A stretch of DNA of 64,000 nt from Oceanispirochaeta sp. (lineage in GTDB: Bacteria; Spirochaetota; Spirochaetia; DSM-2461). Below are positions 52,680 to 61,419 of this stretch, one piece after another. Under the pieces are notes generated by a model. It searched no databases, had not been told where the DNA came from, and worked only from the letters and a program-made list of their open reading frames with translations. Position numbers and translations under genes: made by a program. Position 1 is the first letter of the stretch. Each line of letters starts with the position of its first letter. Location: NCBI GenBank assembly GCA_963666275.2, contig CAXXOA010000002.1, positions 800,001-864,000 of the forward strand, in the 5' to 3' direction.

Positions 52680-54059
52680 ATGTCTGAATATGTAGCAGGA
52701 TTATTGAAAAGGGCGAGAGATGCCCAGGCGCAGATTGAATTTCTGTCTCAGGAAAAAGTCGACGAGATTTGTGAAAATCTTGCCTGGACTACAATCCAGG
52801 AGCCCTTTGTGACCGAACTGGCCAAACTGGCTGTGGAAGAGTCCAGGATGGGGCTTTTTGAAAGCAAACACGGCAAAATGATGAATAAAGTCCGGGCCGG
52901 ATGGTTCGATATGAAAGGCAAGAAATCCGCCGGTGTGATTGAAGAAGATCCTGCTCTGGGACTGATCAAAATCGCCAAACCCGTAGGGGTTATCGGAGCC
53001 ATGGTTCCCACCACCAACAACGAAGCCACTCCGGTTCTCAAATCCATGAGCGCCATCAAAGGCAGAAATGCCATTATCCTGGCACCCCATCCCCGGTCCA
53101 TCAAAACCAACGAGATGGTTGTGAACAAGATGCGGGCGGTACTGAAAAAACTGGGTTACCCGGAAGATCTGATCATCCATGTGGATCAGGTAACCATGGA
53201 GAACTCCCAGGAGATCATGAAACAGTGCGATCTGGTTCTGGCAACCGGAGGAGCGGGCCTTGTTAAAACCGCCTATTCCAGCGGAACCCCCGCCTACGGT
53301 GTAGGAGCGGGAAATGCCGTTACCATCGTTGACGATACACAGGATATGAAAGTTGTTGCCGACAAAATCAGACGGTCTAAAACTTTCGATATGGCTACAA
53401 GCTGTTCTGCTGAAAACTCCTGCCTGGCTCAGGATACGATCTATGAGGAACTCTGCAGCGCTCTGGAAGCCGAAGGCGGTTTCAGAGTGAAAGAGGCAGA
53501 TAAGGGGAAGATCGAAAAAGCCCTCTGGCCCGACGGTGAGCATCTGAACCGGGACATCGTGGCTCAGCCTGCGGCAACCATTGCGAAGATCGCCGGCATC
53601 GAAGTTCCCGAAGGAACCAATTTCTTCTTTGTGGAAGAGAGCGGAATCGGCGAGGGATATCCCCTGAGCGGTGAAAAACTGTCTGTAGTGATGACCCTCT
53701 ACAAATGGAGCGACTTTGACAAGGCCGTCCAGATGGTCAACGATATTACCAACTACTCCGGCGCTGGTCACTCCTGCGGTATCCATACCGAAAAGAAAGA
53801 GAGAATCCTTCAGCTGGCTGAGCAGGTGAAAGTGTCCCGTGTTATGGTCAATCAGCCTCACTGTCTTGCCAACAGCGGAGCCTGGACCAACGGTATGCCC
53901 ACCACTCTGACTTTGGGCTGCGGTTCCTGGGGTGGAAACATCTCCAGTGAAAATGTCACCTGGAAGCACCTGATCAACACCACCTGGGTTTCTTCTCCCA
54001 TTGCCAACAGACAGCCTTCCGATGAGGATTTATTCAGTGAGAGCGTCAGAAAAGGTTAA
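52680..54059 (+). CDS. CoA-acylating aldehyde dehydrogenase (SauS/AdhE-N-like)
   Basis: PVGVIGAMVPTTN, ATGGAGLV, GVGAGN, SKTFD..TSCSAEN (catalytic Cys), EKLS, GHSCGIH and TLGCGSWGGN. Confidence 0.88.
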   Translation: MSEYVAGLLKRARDAQAQIEFLSQEKVDEICENLAWTTIQEPFVTELAKLAVEESRMGLFESKHGKMMNKVRAGWFDMKGKKSAGVIEEDPALGLIKIAKPVGVIGAMVPTTNNEATPVLKSMSAIKGRNAIILAPHPRSIKTNEMVVNKMRAVLKKLGYPEDLIIHVDQVTMENSQEIMKQCDLVLATGGAGLVKTAYSSGTPAYGVGAGNAVTIVDDTQDMKVVADKIRRSKTFDMATSCSAENSCLAQDTIYEELCSALEAEGGFRVKEADKGKIEKALWPDGEHLNRDIVAQPAATIAKIAGIEVPEGTNFFFVEESGIGEGYPLSGEKLSVVMTLYKWSDFDKAVQMVNDITNYSGAGHSCGIHTEKKERILQLAEQVKVSRVMVNQPHCLANSGAWTNGMPTTLTLGCGSWGGNISSENVTWKHLINTTWVSSPIANRQPSDEDLFSESVRKG

Positions 54060-55680
54060 TAAAAAAAAGGAACTTTCCAATAGGGAAGAAGAGAAACCTG
54101 AACAGGGCATAGACTATGATAGTCTTCCTGCCGCTCATCGGGAGAGTCTGGCCAACATGACCAGGACCCGAGAGACAATGCTGGCCGGTGGCGGTGAGTC
54201 CCGGCAGGCTAACCAGAGAGCAAAAGGAAAAAAAACAGCCCGGGAAAGGATTCAATATCTGACTGATAAAGGGAGTTTCGTAGAAAACCAGCCCTATATG
54301 AAGAGCCGGAATGAGGATTTCGGCATGGATAAGAAGAAGTTTTTCGGAGACGGCGTTGTTACAGGAAGCGCTCTGGTGGATGGAAGGCAGGTATGGCTTT
54401 CATCCCAGGATTTCACCGTTCTCGGTGGATCCCTGGGGGAGGCTCATGCCGCCAAAATTGCCAAAGCCCAGATGGAAGCCATGAAGACCGGAAAGCCCTT
54501 TATCTCCATAAATGATTCCGGCGGAGCCAGGATCCAGGAGGGAGTTCTCTCTCTGGAAGGGTACGGAAGCATCTTCCGGGCCAATACCCTGGCCTCGGGC
54601 GTGATCCCCCAGATGTCCATTATTATGGGCCCCTGTGCGGGAGGCGCCGCCTACTCTCCGGCTCTGACAGACTTTGTCTTTATGGTGGATAAAACCGCCC
54701 ATATGTATATTACCGGTCCCGATGTTATCAAGGCCGTTACCGGTGAAAATGTGACTCACGAAGCTCTGGGCGGGGCAGAAGCCCATAACAGTAAAAGCGG
54801 TAATGCCCATTTCCGCTGTACCTCCGAGGAAGAGTGTCTTATCACTCTCAGGCGGCTTCTGTCCTATCTACCTTCATCCAATAGGGAAGCTCCTCCCATA
54901 GTGGAGTGTATGGACGATCCCGGCAGGAATACAGGAGAAATCATGAATATCCTGCCGGATAAGCCCAACAGGCCCTATGATATCCGTACTGTGATTGATC
55001 TGTTTTTTGATCAGTACAGCTTCCTGGAGGTTCATAAGGAGTTTGCTCCCAGTATGGTAGTCGGTTTTGCCCGGTTGAACGGAAGATCCGTGGGGATCAT
55101 CGGCAATCAGCCTATGGTTTTTGCCGGTTCCCTGGATAAGGACTCTTCCGATAAGGCTGCGCGGTTCATCCGTTTCTGCGATGCCTTCGGTGTTCCCATT
55201 GTGTCTCTTGTGGATGTGCCCGGATATATGCCGGGTACGGTACAGGAGTATGGCGGAATTATCCGTCACGGAGCCAAGCTGCTCTATGCCATTGCGGAAG
55301 CCACAGTGCCCAAGGTGGCTCTGGTTCTCAGAAAAGCCTACGGAGGCGCCTATATCGGTATGGCTTCCAAAGCGCTGGGATATGACAGAGTTCTGGCCAT
55401 GCCTATGGCGGAAATCGCAGTTATGGGAGCGGCGGGAGCGGCGAATATCATTTTCAGGAATGATATCAATGCAGCCCGGGATCCCGAACTGATCCGGGAG
55501 ATCAAGATCCATGAGTACCAGGAGAAGTTCATGAACCCCTATGCGGCGGCATCTCTGGGAATTGTGGATGATGTGGTGCATCCCGAGTCAATCCGTACAG
55601 AACTGATCCGGTCTGTGGAAATGCTTTCTGACAAGATGGAGGATCTTCCCCGGAAGAAGCATGGAAACATTCCGTTGTGA
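54037..55680 (+). CDS. Acyl-CoA carboxyltransferase (PccB/MmdA-like); start codon uncertain
   Basis: GKKTARERI, GDGVVTG, DFTVLGGSLG, DSGGARIQEG, DVPGYMPG, RKAYGGAY and RKKHGNIPL. Confidence 0.9.
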   Translation: MRASEKVNKKKELSNREEEKPEQGIDYDSLPAAHRESLANMTRTRETMLAGGGESRQANQRAKGKKTARERIQYLTDKGSFVENQPYMKSRNEDFGMDKKKFFGDGVVTGSALVDGRQVWLSSQDFTVLGGSLGEAHAAKIAKAQMEAMKTGKPFISINDSGGARIQEGVLSLEGYGSIFRANTLASGVIPQMSIIMGPCAGGAAYSPALTDFVFMVDKTAHMYITGPDVIKAVTGENVTHEALGGAEAHNSKSGNAHFRCTSEEECLITLRRLLSYLPSSNREAPPIVECMDDPGRNTGEIMNILPDKPNRPYDIRTVIDLFFDQYSFLEVHKEFAPSMVVGFARLNGRSVGIIGNQPMVFAGSLDKDSSDKAARFIRFCDAFGVPIVSLVDVPGYMPGTVQEYGGIIRHGAKLLYAIAEATVPKVALVLRKAYGGAYIGMASKALGYDRVLAMPMAEIAVMGAAGAANIIFRNDINAARDPELIREIKIHEYQEKFMNPYAAASLGIVDDVVHPESIRTELIRSVEMLSDKMEDLPRKKHGNIPL

Positions 55681-55873
55681 TGTAAAGTTTCTTCGGTAAA
55701 AAGAGCTGAGTGGAATCTGCCGGTGACAGAATATCACCGAAAAAATTATTGACAGGCGTCATGGTGTTTACTGTGACGCTGTTATTCGGGTATCCAGGAC
55801 GATCAGACAGAGAGAATCTGAAGCTAATCAATCTCTCCTCCTGATAGGTTCTCTATATAAAATTATCGGTTTT

Positions 55874-55928
55874 CCGGCATCAGCCCTCCCTGCAGAGAGA
55901 AATCCTTCCGGGCTGGTGTCGGTTTTTT
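55874..55928 (+). terminator. Intrinsic terminator between the carboxyltransferase and the YczE-like gene
   Basis: CCGGCATCAGCCC / GGGCTGGTGTCGG stem followed by TTTTTT. Confidence 0.65.
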
Positions 55929-56087
55929 ATTTTCATCAATACATAAACAATGAAGCCGTGAAAAGTAGTTATAAACCGGAATCTGAGTTAATATATTGTG
56001 GACTGGTTCCTGATCTGGTTCTCTTTCCTCAGTATGGACAAAAAGAATCTCTCATCTACTGGATTATTCATCTCACAGGGCTTAAAT

Positions 56088-56765
56088 ATGCATAAAAATA
56101 TCATTGTGTTTGTAAAAAAAAGTATTTTGTTTATCTTTGGTCTCTTTATTATCTCCATTGGTGTGGCTCTCTCTGTTAAAGCCAATCTGGGAGTGTCTCC
56201 CGTCTCGTGCATCCCCTATCTACTCAGTCTGAAATTTTCCCGGTCACTGGGAACATATACGATTTATTTCAATATCACTCTTATTCTTATTCAGGTTCTT
56301 ATTCTGAGGAAAAACTACCCGCTCTTTCAGATGATACAGCTGCCTGTTGTTCTTTTTTTCGGACTCTTCATTGATACTGCCATGCATCTGGTCTCGGGAA
56401 TCGCCGTTTCCTCCTACGCGGGGCAGTTTCTGCTCTGCAGTCTCAGCTGTATCGTGATTGCCATCGGAGTCCTTATCGAGGTGAAAGCGGACTTTACCTA
56501 TCTTCCGGGAGAGGGCGTGGCTCTGGCTCTGACAAGGACATTCGGCTTCCGGTTCGGTAAATCAAAAATGGGGACAGATACCGCCATGGTTGTGGTGGGA
56601 ATTCTGTTCTCTGTTCTTTTCTTTCGGAATATTGTGGGAATCCGGGAGGGGACTGTCCTCGCTGCCGTCGCCGTTGGATTTCTGGTAAGACATTTTCATA
56701 GCTTTTCGATATGGCTGGCAGATATGCTGAGCCAGGAGTCGGGAGATAGTAAAAGTGCCGCATAA
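56088..56765 (+). CDS. YczE/YyaS/YitT family membrane protein
   Basis: ANLGVSPVS, PGEG and GIREGT motifs with about six TM segments. Confidence 0.8.
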   Translation: MHKNIIVFVKKSILFIFGLFIISIGVALSVKANLGVSPVSCIPYLLSLKFSRSLGTYTIYFNITLILIQVLILRKNYPLFQMIQLPVVLFFGLFIDTAMHLVSGIAVSSYAGQFLLCSLSCIVIAIGVLIEVKADFTYLPGEGVALALTRTFGFRFGKSKMGTDTAMVVVGILFSVLFFRNIVGIREGTVLAAVAVGFLVRHFHSFSIWLADMLSQESGDSKSAA

Positions 56766-56859
56766 AGGAAGGGACAGTCTCTGTAACTGCTGAGCTGTTT
56801 CCTGTGGTATGATTGTTTTCTCCTGACTGTATTTCAGATACCCTGTGAAAGGAGAAAAT

Positions 56860-58299
56860 ATGAACGGATTGGACGCAATCTCTGAACTGACAGATAAGGG
56901 CATTTCCAACCTGAAACTGTTCAGCAATACCATACTCCATCAGATCATAGAGAATACCAATGACGGTATTATGGTCACAGACAAGGATGGCCTGGTTATC
57001 CTGGCAAATCCTCCTGCTGCCAGGTTTATGAACAGAACACCCGAAGAACTGGTCGGGTATAATGTCAGGATTCTGCTTAAAAAAGGCTTTTATGACCGTT
57101 CCACCATTCTGGAAGCCATAAGGACAGAAGCTCCCGTTACAAGAGTCATCTCCCTGCCTCACGGTAAAAATGTCATGTCCACAAGCATGCCGATAATGGA
57201 TGAAAACCATAGAGTCGCCATGATTGTCACAACTACGATCAATCAGGACATAGTGGATACCTATGCCGCTGCGATAGAAAAAGAGAAGATCAAATCCGAA
57301 CAGTACAAATCTGCCGCCACCTATCTTGAAAATCTGGGGATCAGCGGAGAGGAACTTATTTCGATGAGCCCTGTGATGCAGAGTATCCGGAGTGAAGCCT
57401 CCCTCATTGCCAGGACAGACAGTACAGTATTCATTTCTGGAGAATCAGGAACAGGGAAAGAGGTGATAGCCCGGTTTATCCATAAGAACAGTAACCGGAG
57501 GAATGAACCATTTATCCCTGTGAACTGTGCCGCCATTCCGGGAGAACTGATGGAGTCTGAATTCTTCGGCTACGAGAAAGGAGCCTTTTCCGGAGCTTCT
57601 CCCAGTGGAAAGCTCGGCTTCTTTGAGATGGCAAGCAAGGGAACTCTTTTTCTGGATGAGGTGGGAGAGCTGCCCTTGCATATGCAGTCAAAACTTCTGA
57701 GAGTTCTGGAATCGGGCGAGTTCAAGAGGGTGGGGGGAACAAGATTTATCAAGACCGATGTCAGGCTGATTGCCGCCACCAACCGAAATATGGAGTATCA
57801 GGTGCGCCAGAAACTTTTCAGGGAAGATCTGTTCTACCGTTTGAATGTTCTGCCGATTATTCTGCCCCCTTTACGGGAGAGGCCGGAGGATATCATTGCT
57901 CTGGCTGAAAGATTTCTGATCAGATACAACACAAAGTTCGGGAGTAATAAAGTTTTCTCTAAGGACTTTCTTCAGTCCATGATCAATTACTCCTGGCCGG
58001 GGAATGGCAGGGAGCTGCGTAACCTGATAGAACGGCTTGTTATTGTCACCCCCGGGCAGGAGCTTGAATATGAACTCCTCAGTAATGGAAATCCCGTGAG
58101 AACTGACTGCAGAGAGGATTCCGGAAATACGGAGAATCAGATGCTGCCTCTTAAAGACGCTGTCAGGGATTTTGAAGCCCGATATATCAACAGAATGCTG
58201 TCCCAATGTGAAGGAAGGGTTTCCCGGGCGGCGGAACAGCTGGGCATTCACAGAACACAGATCTATAGAAAACTGAATAGCTGCAAAGAACTGGATTAG
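56860..58299 (+). CDS. PAS-domain sigma-54-dependent transcriptional activator
   Basis: PAS (NDGIMVTDKDG), GESGTGKE, ESEFFGYEKGAFSGA, FLDEVGEL, FREDLFYRLNV and a C-terminal Fis-type HTH. Confidence 0.93.
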   Translation: MNGLDAISELTDKGISNLKLFSNTILHQIIENTNDGIMVTDKDGLVILANPPAARFMNRTPEELVGYNVRILLKKGFYDRSTILEAIRTEAPVTRVISLPHGKNVMSTSMPIMDENHRVAMIVTTTINQDIVDTYAAAIEKEKIKSEQYKSAATYLENLGISGEELISMSPVMQSIRSEASLIARTDSTVFISGESGTGKEVIARFIHKNSNRRNEPFIPVNCAAIPGELMESEFFGYEKGAFSGASPSGKLGFFEMASKGTLFLDEVGELPLHMQSKLLRVLESGEFKRVGGTRFIKTDVRLIAATNRNMEYQVRQKLFREDLFYRLNVLPIILPPLRERPEDIIALAERFLIRYNTKFGSNKVFSKDFLQSMINYSWPGNGRELRNLIERLVIVTPGQELEYELLSNGNPVRTDCREDSGNTENQMLPLKDAVRDFEARYINRMLSQCEGRVSRAAEQLGIHRTQIYRKLNSCKELD

Positions 58300-58357
58300 T
58301 GCAAAATTGCATCATATGTCGTAAAATCACAACAAACATTGTTGCAGATATGCGACA
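58297..58357. promoter_or_regulatory. Candidate enhancer (UAS) sites, TGT-N12-ACA type
   Basis: TGTCGTAAAATCACAACA (58317) and TGTTGCAGATATGCGACA (58340), plus a weaker copy at 58297. Confidence 0.6.
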
Positions 58358-58429
58358 TTCAGGCATTCCACTGCTGGATATTCAGCCTCCGAAGCACATT
58401 TTATGAGACTTTCAGAGTCTTTTCTTTTT

Positions 58430-58444
58430 TGGCACATTAATTGC
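58430..58444 (+). promoter_or_regulatory. Sigma-54 (-24/-12) promoter
   Basis: TGGCACATTAATTGC, just downstream of the activator gene and upstream of the permease. Confidence 0.85.
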
Positions 58445-58536
58445 AATTCCTTAGGATGAGGATTAATCAACCTCTCTCCAGTTCCTGTAACTGGTAAAAC
58501 ATTTTAAGGAGTTCTTATGAAAAGGAGATTAAATCT

Positions 58537-59838
58537 ATGGTAGTTGCATTAAGTGGAATCGGTATCCTGCTTGGATTTATCAATCTGATGTTTGGCGCCT
58601 GGAAAAAAGTGAACCTGCTTGTTGTGACTTTGATTACCAGTGCCATTATTGCTATTTTCAGCGGCATGAACATCGCTGAGGTCTGGACCGGTCCCTTTAT
58701 GGAGGGATTTACAAGCTTTGCGGGAAAATACCTGCTGCTGTTCTGTTTCGGAGCCCTCTTCGGAAAAATTATCGAAGACAGCGGTGCGGGCTGGCGTATC
58801 GCCACTTCCATCGCCAGTAAAACCGGAAACCGGATGGCTCTGGGAGCATTGACTCTTGTCACCGCGCTTCTGCTGTACGGAGGCGTCAGCATTTTCGTTA
58901 TTGTCTTTTTTATCCTTCCCATAGGAAAAAGCCTCTTCAAGAAAATAGGGATTCCCTGGTACCTCTTTCCCGGTATTGCCATGATCGGAACAATTCCCGC
59001 AGTGGGTATGCTTCCCGGGACTCTTCAGATTCTGAATATCATCCCCACAAACTTTCTCGGCACCACTCTGACTGCCGGCGCCGGTGTCGGCCTTTTCGCC
59101 ACGGTCCTCTACTGTGCCATGGCCTATCTCTATACAAAGCGCATCCTCAAAACCAATGCGGCCAATTTTGATCTGGAAGAATTTAACGCCGGGCATCAGG
59201 TGGAACTGAACGAAGCGGAACTGGAAAGCAAAGCCCCCAACGTTCTTGTTTCTATTGCTCCCATTGCTGTGGCTCTTATCCTGATCAATGTTTTCAAAAT
59301 CAACATCGTTATCGGAATGATCCTGGCCAGCCTTGCAGGTATCGCTCTGTTCTGGAAATCCCTGGGAGGGGCAAACTTCTGGTCTACTGTGAATAACGGT
59401 ATTGCCAACGGGATTGCTCCTGTTATCTATGTCTCTGTTGTTGTGGGCGTTGCCAGAACCGTGGCGTCTGTTCCCTTCTTTGAAGTCATGAGAGATTCCC
59501 TTCTGAACCTTCAGATCAACGGCCTTCTGAAAGTGGTTGCCACCACTTCGGTGATGTCTGCCATGACAGGTTCCTCATCAGGAAGTATGACAATGATTCT
59601 GGATCTCTTCGGAAAAGAATTCCTCTCCTGGGGATACAATGCCGGACTGCTGCACAGACTCATTTCGGTTGCCTCTCTGGGCTTCGATTCCCTTCCCTGG
59701 AACTCTGTAGTGGTTGTCTTCTTTACACTCAGCGGTGTTTCCTACGCCAAGGGGTACAAACATGTTTTCGCCTATACCGTGTTGATGCCCTTCCTCTGTG
59801 CTCTGGGAATCATTCTGGTCTCACCTATTTTCTATTAG
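58537..59838 (+). CDS. GntP-like (IT superfamily) organic-acid permease
   Basis: GALFGKIIEDSGAG, YGGVSIFV, LPGTLQILNIIPT, TGSSSG and FDSLPWNS; many TM segments. Confidence 0.8.
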   Translation: MVVALSGIGILLGFINLMFGAWKKVNLLVVTLITSAIIAIFSGMNIAEVWTGPFMEGFTSFAGKYLLLFCFGALFGKIIEDSGAGWRIATSIASKTGNRMALGALTLVTALLLYGGVSIFVIVFFILPIGKSLFKKIGIPWYLFPGIAMIGTIPAVGMLPGTLQILNIIPTNFLGTTLTAGAGVGLFATVLYCAMAYLYTKRILKTNAANFDLEEFNAGHQVELNEAELESKAPNVLVSIAPIAVALILINVFKINIVIGMILASLAGIALFWKSLGGANFWSTVNNGIANGIAPVIYVSVVVGVARTVASVPFFEVMRDSLLNLQINGLLKVVATTSVMSAMTGSSSGSMTMILDLFGKEFLSWGYNAGLLHRLISVASLGFDSLPWNSVVVVFFTLSGVSYAKGYKHVFAYTVLMPFLCALGIILVSPIFY

Positions 59839-59868
59839 AAGAGATTTTATCAGGAAGGAGGAACAGAT

Positions 59869-60249
59869 ATGCCTGCACTACAGGAAAAAAATAAAGAGAT
59901 TGTCAGGGACTTTTATGATCTGATAATAAATAAAAAAGACTTTGCTGCGGCAAAAAAATATGTAGGTCCCCGGTATAAGCAGCATAATCCACTGGTAAAA
60001 GACTATCCGGAAGGACTTGAGGAGTTTATAAATTTCCTCAGAGATAACTATCCCGATGCCCATAGTGAGATTAAAGCCATATATGCGGATGGGGACCATG
60101 TCATTCTACACGTCCTGTCCTACAGGGATGAGACTTTAAAACGGGCCATTATTGAGATTTTCCGTCTGGAAAACGGCAGGATTGATGAGCATTGGGATGT
60201 GATACAGGAAATTCCAGCCAAATCAGCCAATCTCAACGGTATGTTCTAG
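59869..60249 (+). CDS. SnoaL/NTF2-like protein
   Basis: NKEIVRDFY, YKQHNP, ADGDHVILH and FRLENGRIDEHWDVIQ. Confidence 0.85.
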   Translation: MPALQEKNKEIVRDFYDLIINKKDFAAAKKYVGPRYKQHNPLVKDYPEGLEEFINFLRDNYPDAHSEIKAIYADGDHVILHVLSYRDETLKRAIIEIFRLENGRIDEHWDVIQEIPAKSANLNGMF

Positions 60250-60366
60250 TCCGGAGTGACAATTCATATGCGGCAGAGTTCTGCTTTGGCCGCTATTCAT
60301 TCCCGGGAGGGATTTCCAGCTCTCCCGGTTCACAAAAATCAATCAGATATTCCAAGGAGTTCTCAT

Positions 60367-60816
60367 ATGCACGAAAATAATCAGGGTGAGTACGGTAAAT
60401 ATATTATTCAGGAACTTCAGGATCCCAACCTGGGGTCTCCGGATTTTCAGGAGATGTATAAAAAATTCTCCAACAGAATCTTATGGATAGACAATAATGT
60501 CCTGGAGGGGGCGTTTCAGATGAATACAGCCTGGTACTATGCGGTTCCTCCTGTCAGCCCTGTTTTTGATGAGCATGTTCATGACCATGATGAGCTTATC
60601 GGTTTTTTCGGGTCCAATCCGGAAGATCCCTATGATCTGGGAGCCGAACTCGAGGCGGGGATCAATGGGGAGATGCATAAAATTACAAAGTCTTCGCTTA
60701 TCTTTGTTCCCGGGGGAATGAAGCACATGCCCCTTTCCATCAACAGGGTGGATCGTCCCGTCTTTCATTTCTCCATTGTTCTTAACTCCGAATATGGAGA
60801 CGGAGCGTATAAATGA
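60367..60816 (+). CDS. Cupin-fold hypothetical protein
   Basis: Metal-type motifs HVHDHDE and FVPGGMKHMP; the ATG at 60367 follows AAGGAG. Confidence 0.7.
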   Translation: MHENNQGEYGKYIIQELQDPNLGSPDFQEMYKKFSNRILWIDNNVLEGAFQMNTAWYYAVPPVSPVFDEHVHDHDELIGFFGSNPEDPYDLGAELEAGINGEMHKITKSSLIFVPGGMKHMPLSINRVDRPVFHFSIVLNSEYGDGAYK

Positions 60817-60978
60817 TCTCCCGGCAGCTTCTGCTCTTTCCCTATAATAGAAGCTGCCTCTATTTCCCCTGATTCCCGGGAACCTCCTGATACCGCTATC
60901 CATAACATTGTTTTCAGTTTGTAAGTTTTCCTCCCCGAACTTTTCTAATGGGGCTGGCCTATGCCGAATATGCCTTAA

Positions 60979-61092
60979 GAACAAGAAAACTCAGAAACGC
61001 ATTTTAACCCGAAAGTCGTAGATATGTTTCTTCAGTCCGAAGAGGTGTTCAAGAATTTCAGTGCGGGAATGACTGGCGGATGTATCCGGTGA
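60979..61092 (+). pseudogene. Possible remnant of an HD-GYP C-terminus
   Basis: Reading frame with no upstream start, EQENSETHFNPKVVDMFLQSEEVFKNF, resembling the HFDPxxxDxFL tail of HD-GYP proteins. Confidence 0.4.
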
Positions 61093-61303
61093 TCGTCTGA
61101 TCCTTTCCTTATACGTAAAGTTATAATGAGGCTAAAGACTGATGGAAAAAAGAAAAAATTGGATAAAATATACGAAATAGGTAGAATTCTCTTCGGAAAA
61201 CGTAAAAAAAATAATTATTACAAAAAAGTATAAATCCGTGATATGCTTTGTGACAATTGATCAATCAAGCAATAGGGATCCCTCCTGGTTTTTAAAACCT
61301 AAA

Positions 61304-61329
61304 AGGTCAGACAACTTGATGTCTGACCT
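61304..61329. promoter_or_regulatory. Inverted repeat upstream of the alanine/glycine symporter (operator or RNA hairpin)
   Basis: AGGTCAGACA-N6-TGTCTGACCT, with perfect 10-bp arms. Confidence 0.5.
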
Positions 61330-61419
61330 CATGAACTCGCTGTCTTGAAAATTACAGGACTCTGAGTTATCTATAGAGTTCAAAATTTTACTAACTATTG
61401 GAATATAAAGGAGGGACAT

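Noticed and set aside
52701..53969. Long antisense ORFs (422 aa here; also 16673-17800, 51292-52416, 43464-44489, 2422-3279 and others)
   Set aside because: They lie opposite well-supported genes, show no recognisable motifs and are best explained as codon-bias shadows.
54048..54070. A-rich junction suggesting an ALDH-carboxyltransferase frameshift fusion
   Set aside because: The A8 run lies after the ALDH stop, a +1 shift would be needed, and ordinary in-frame start codons are available.
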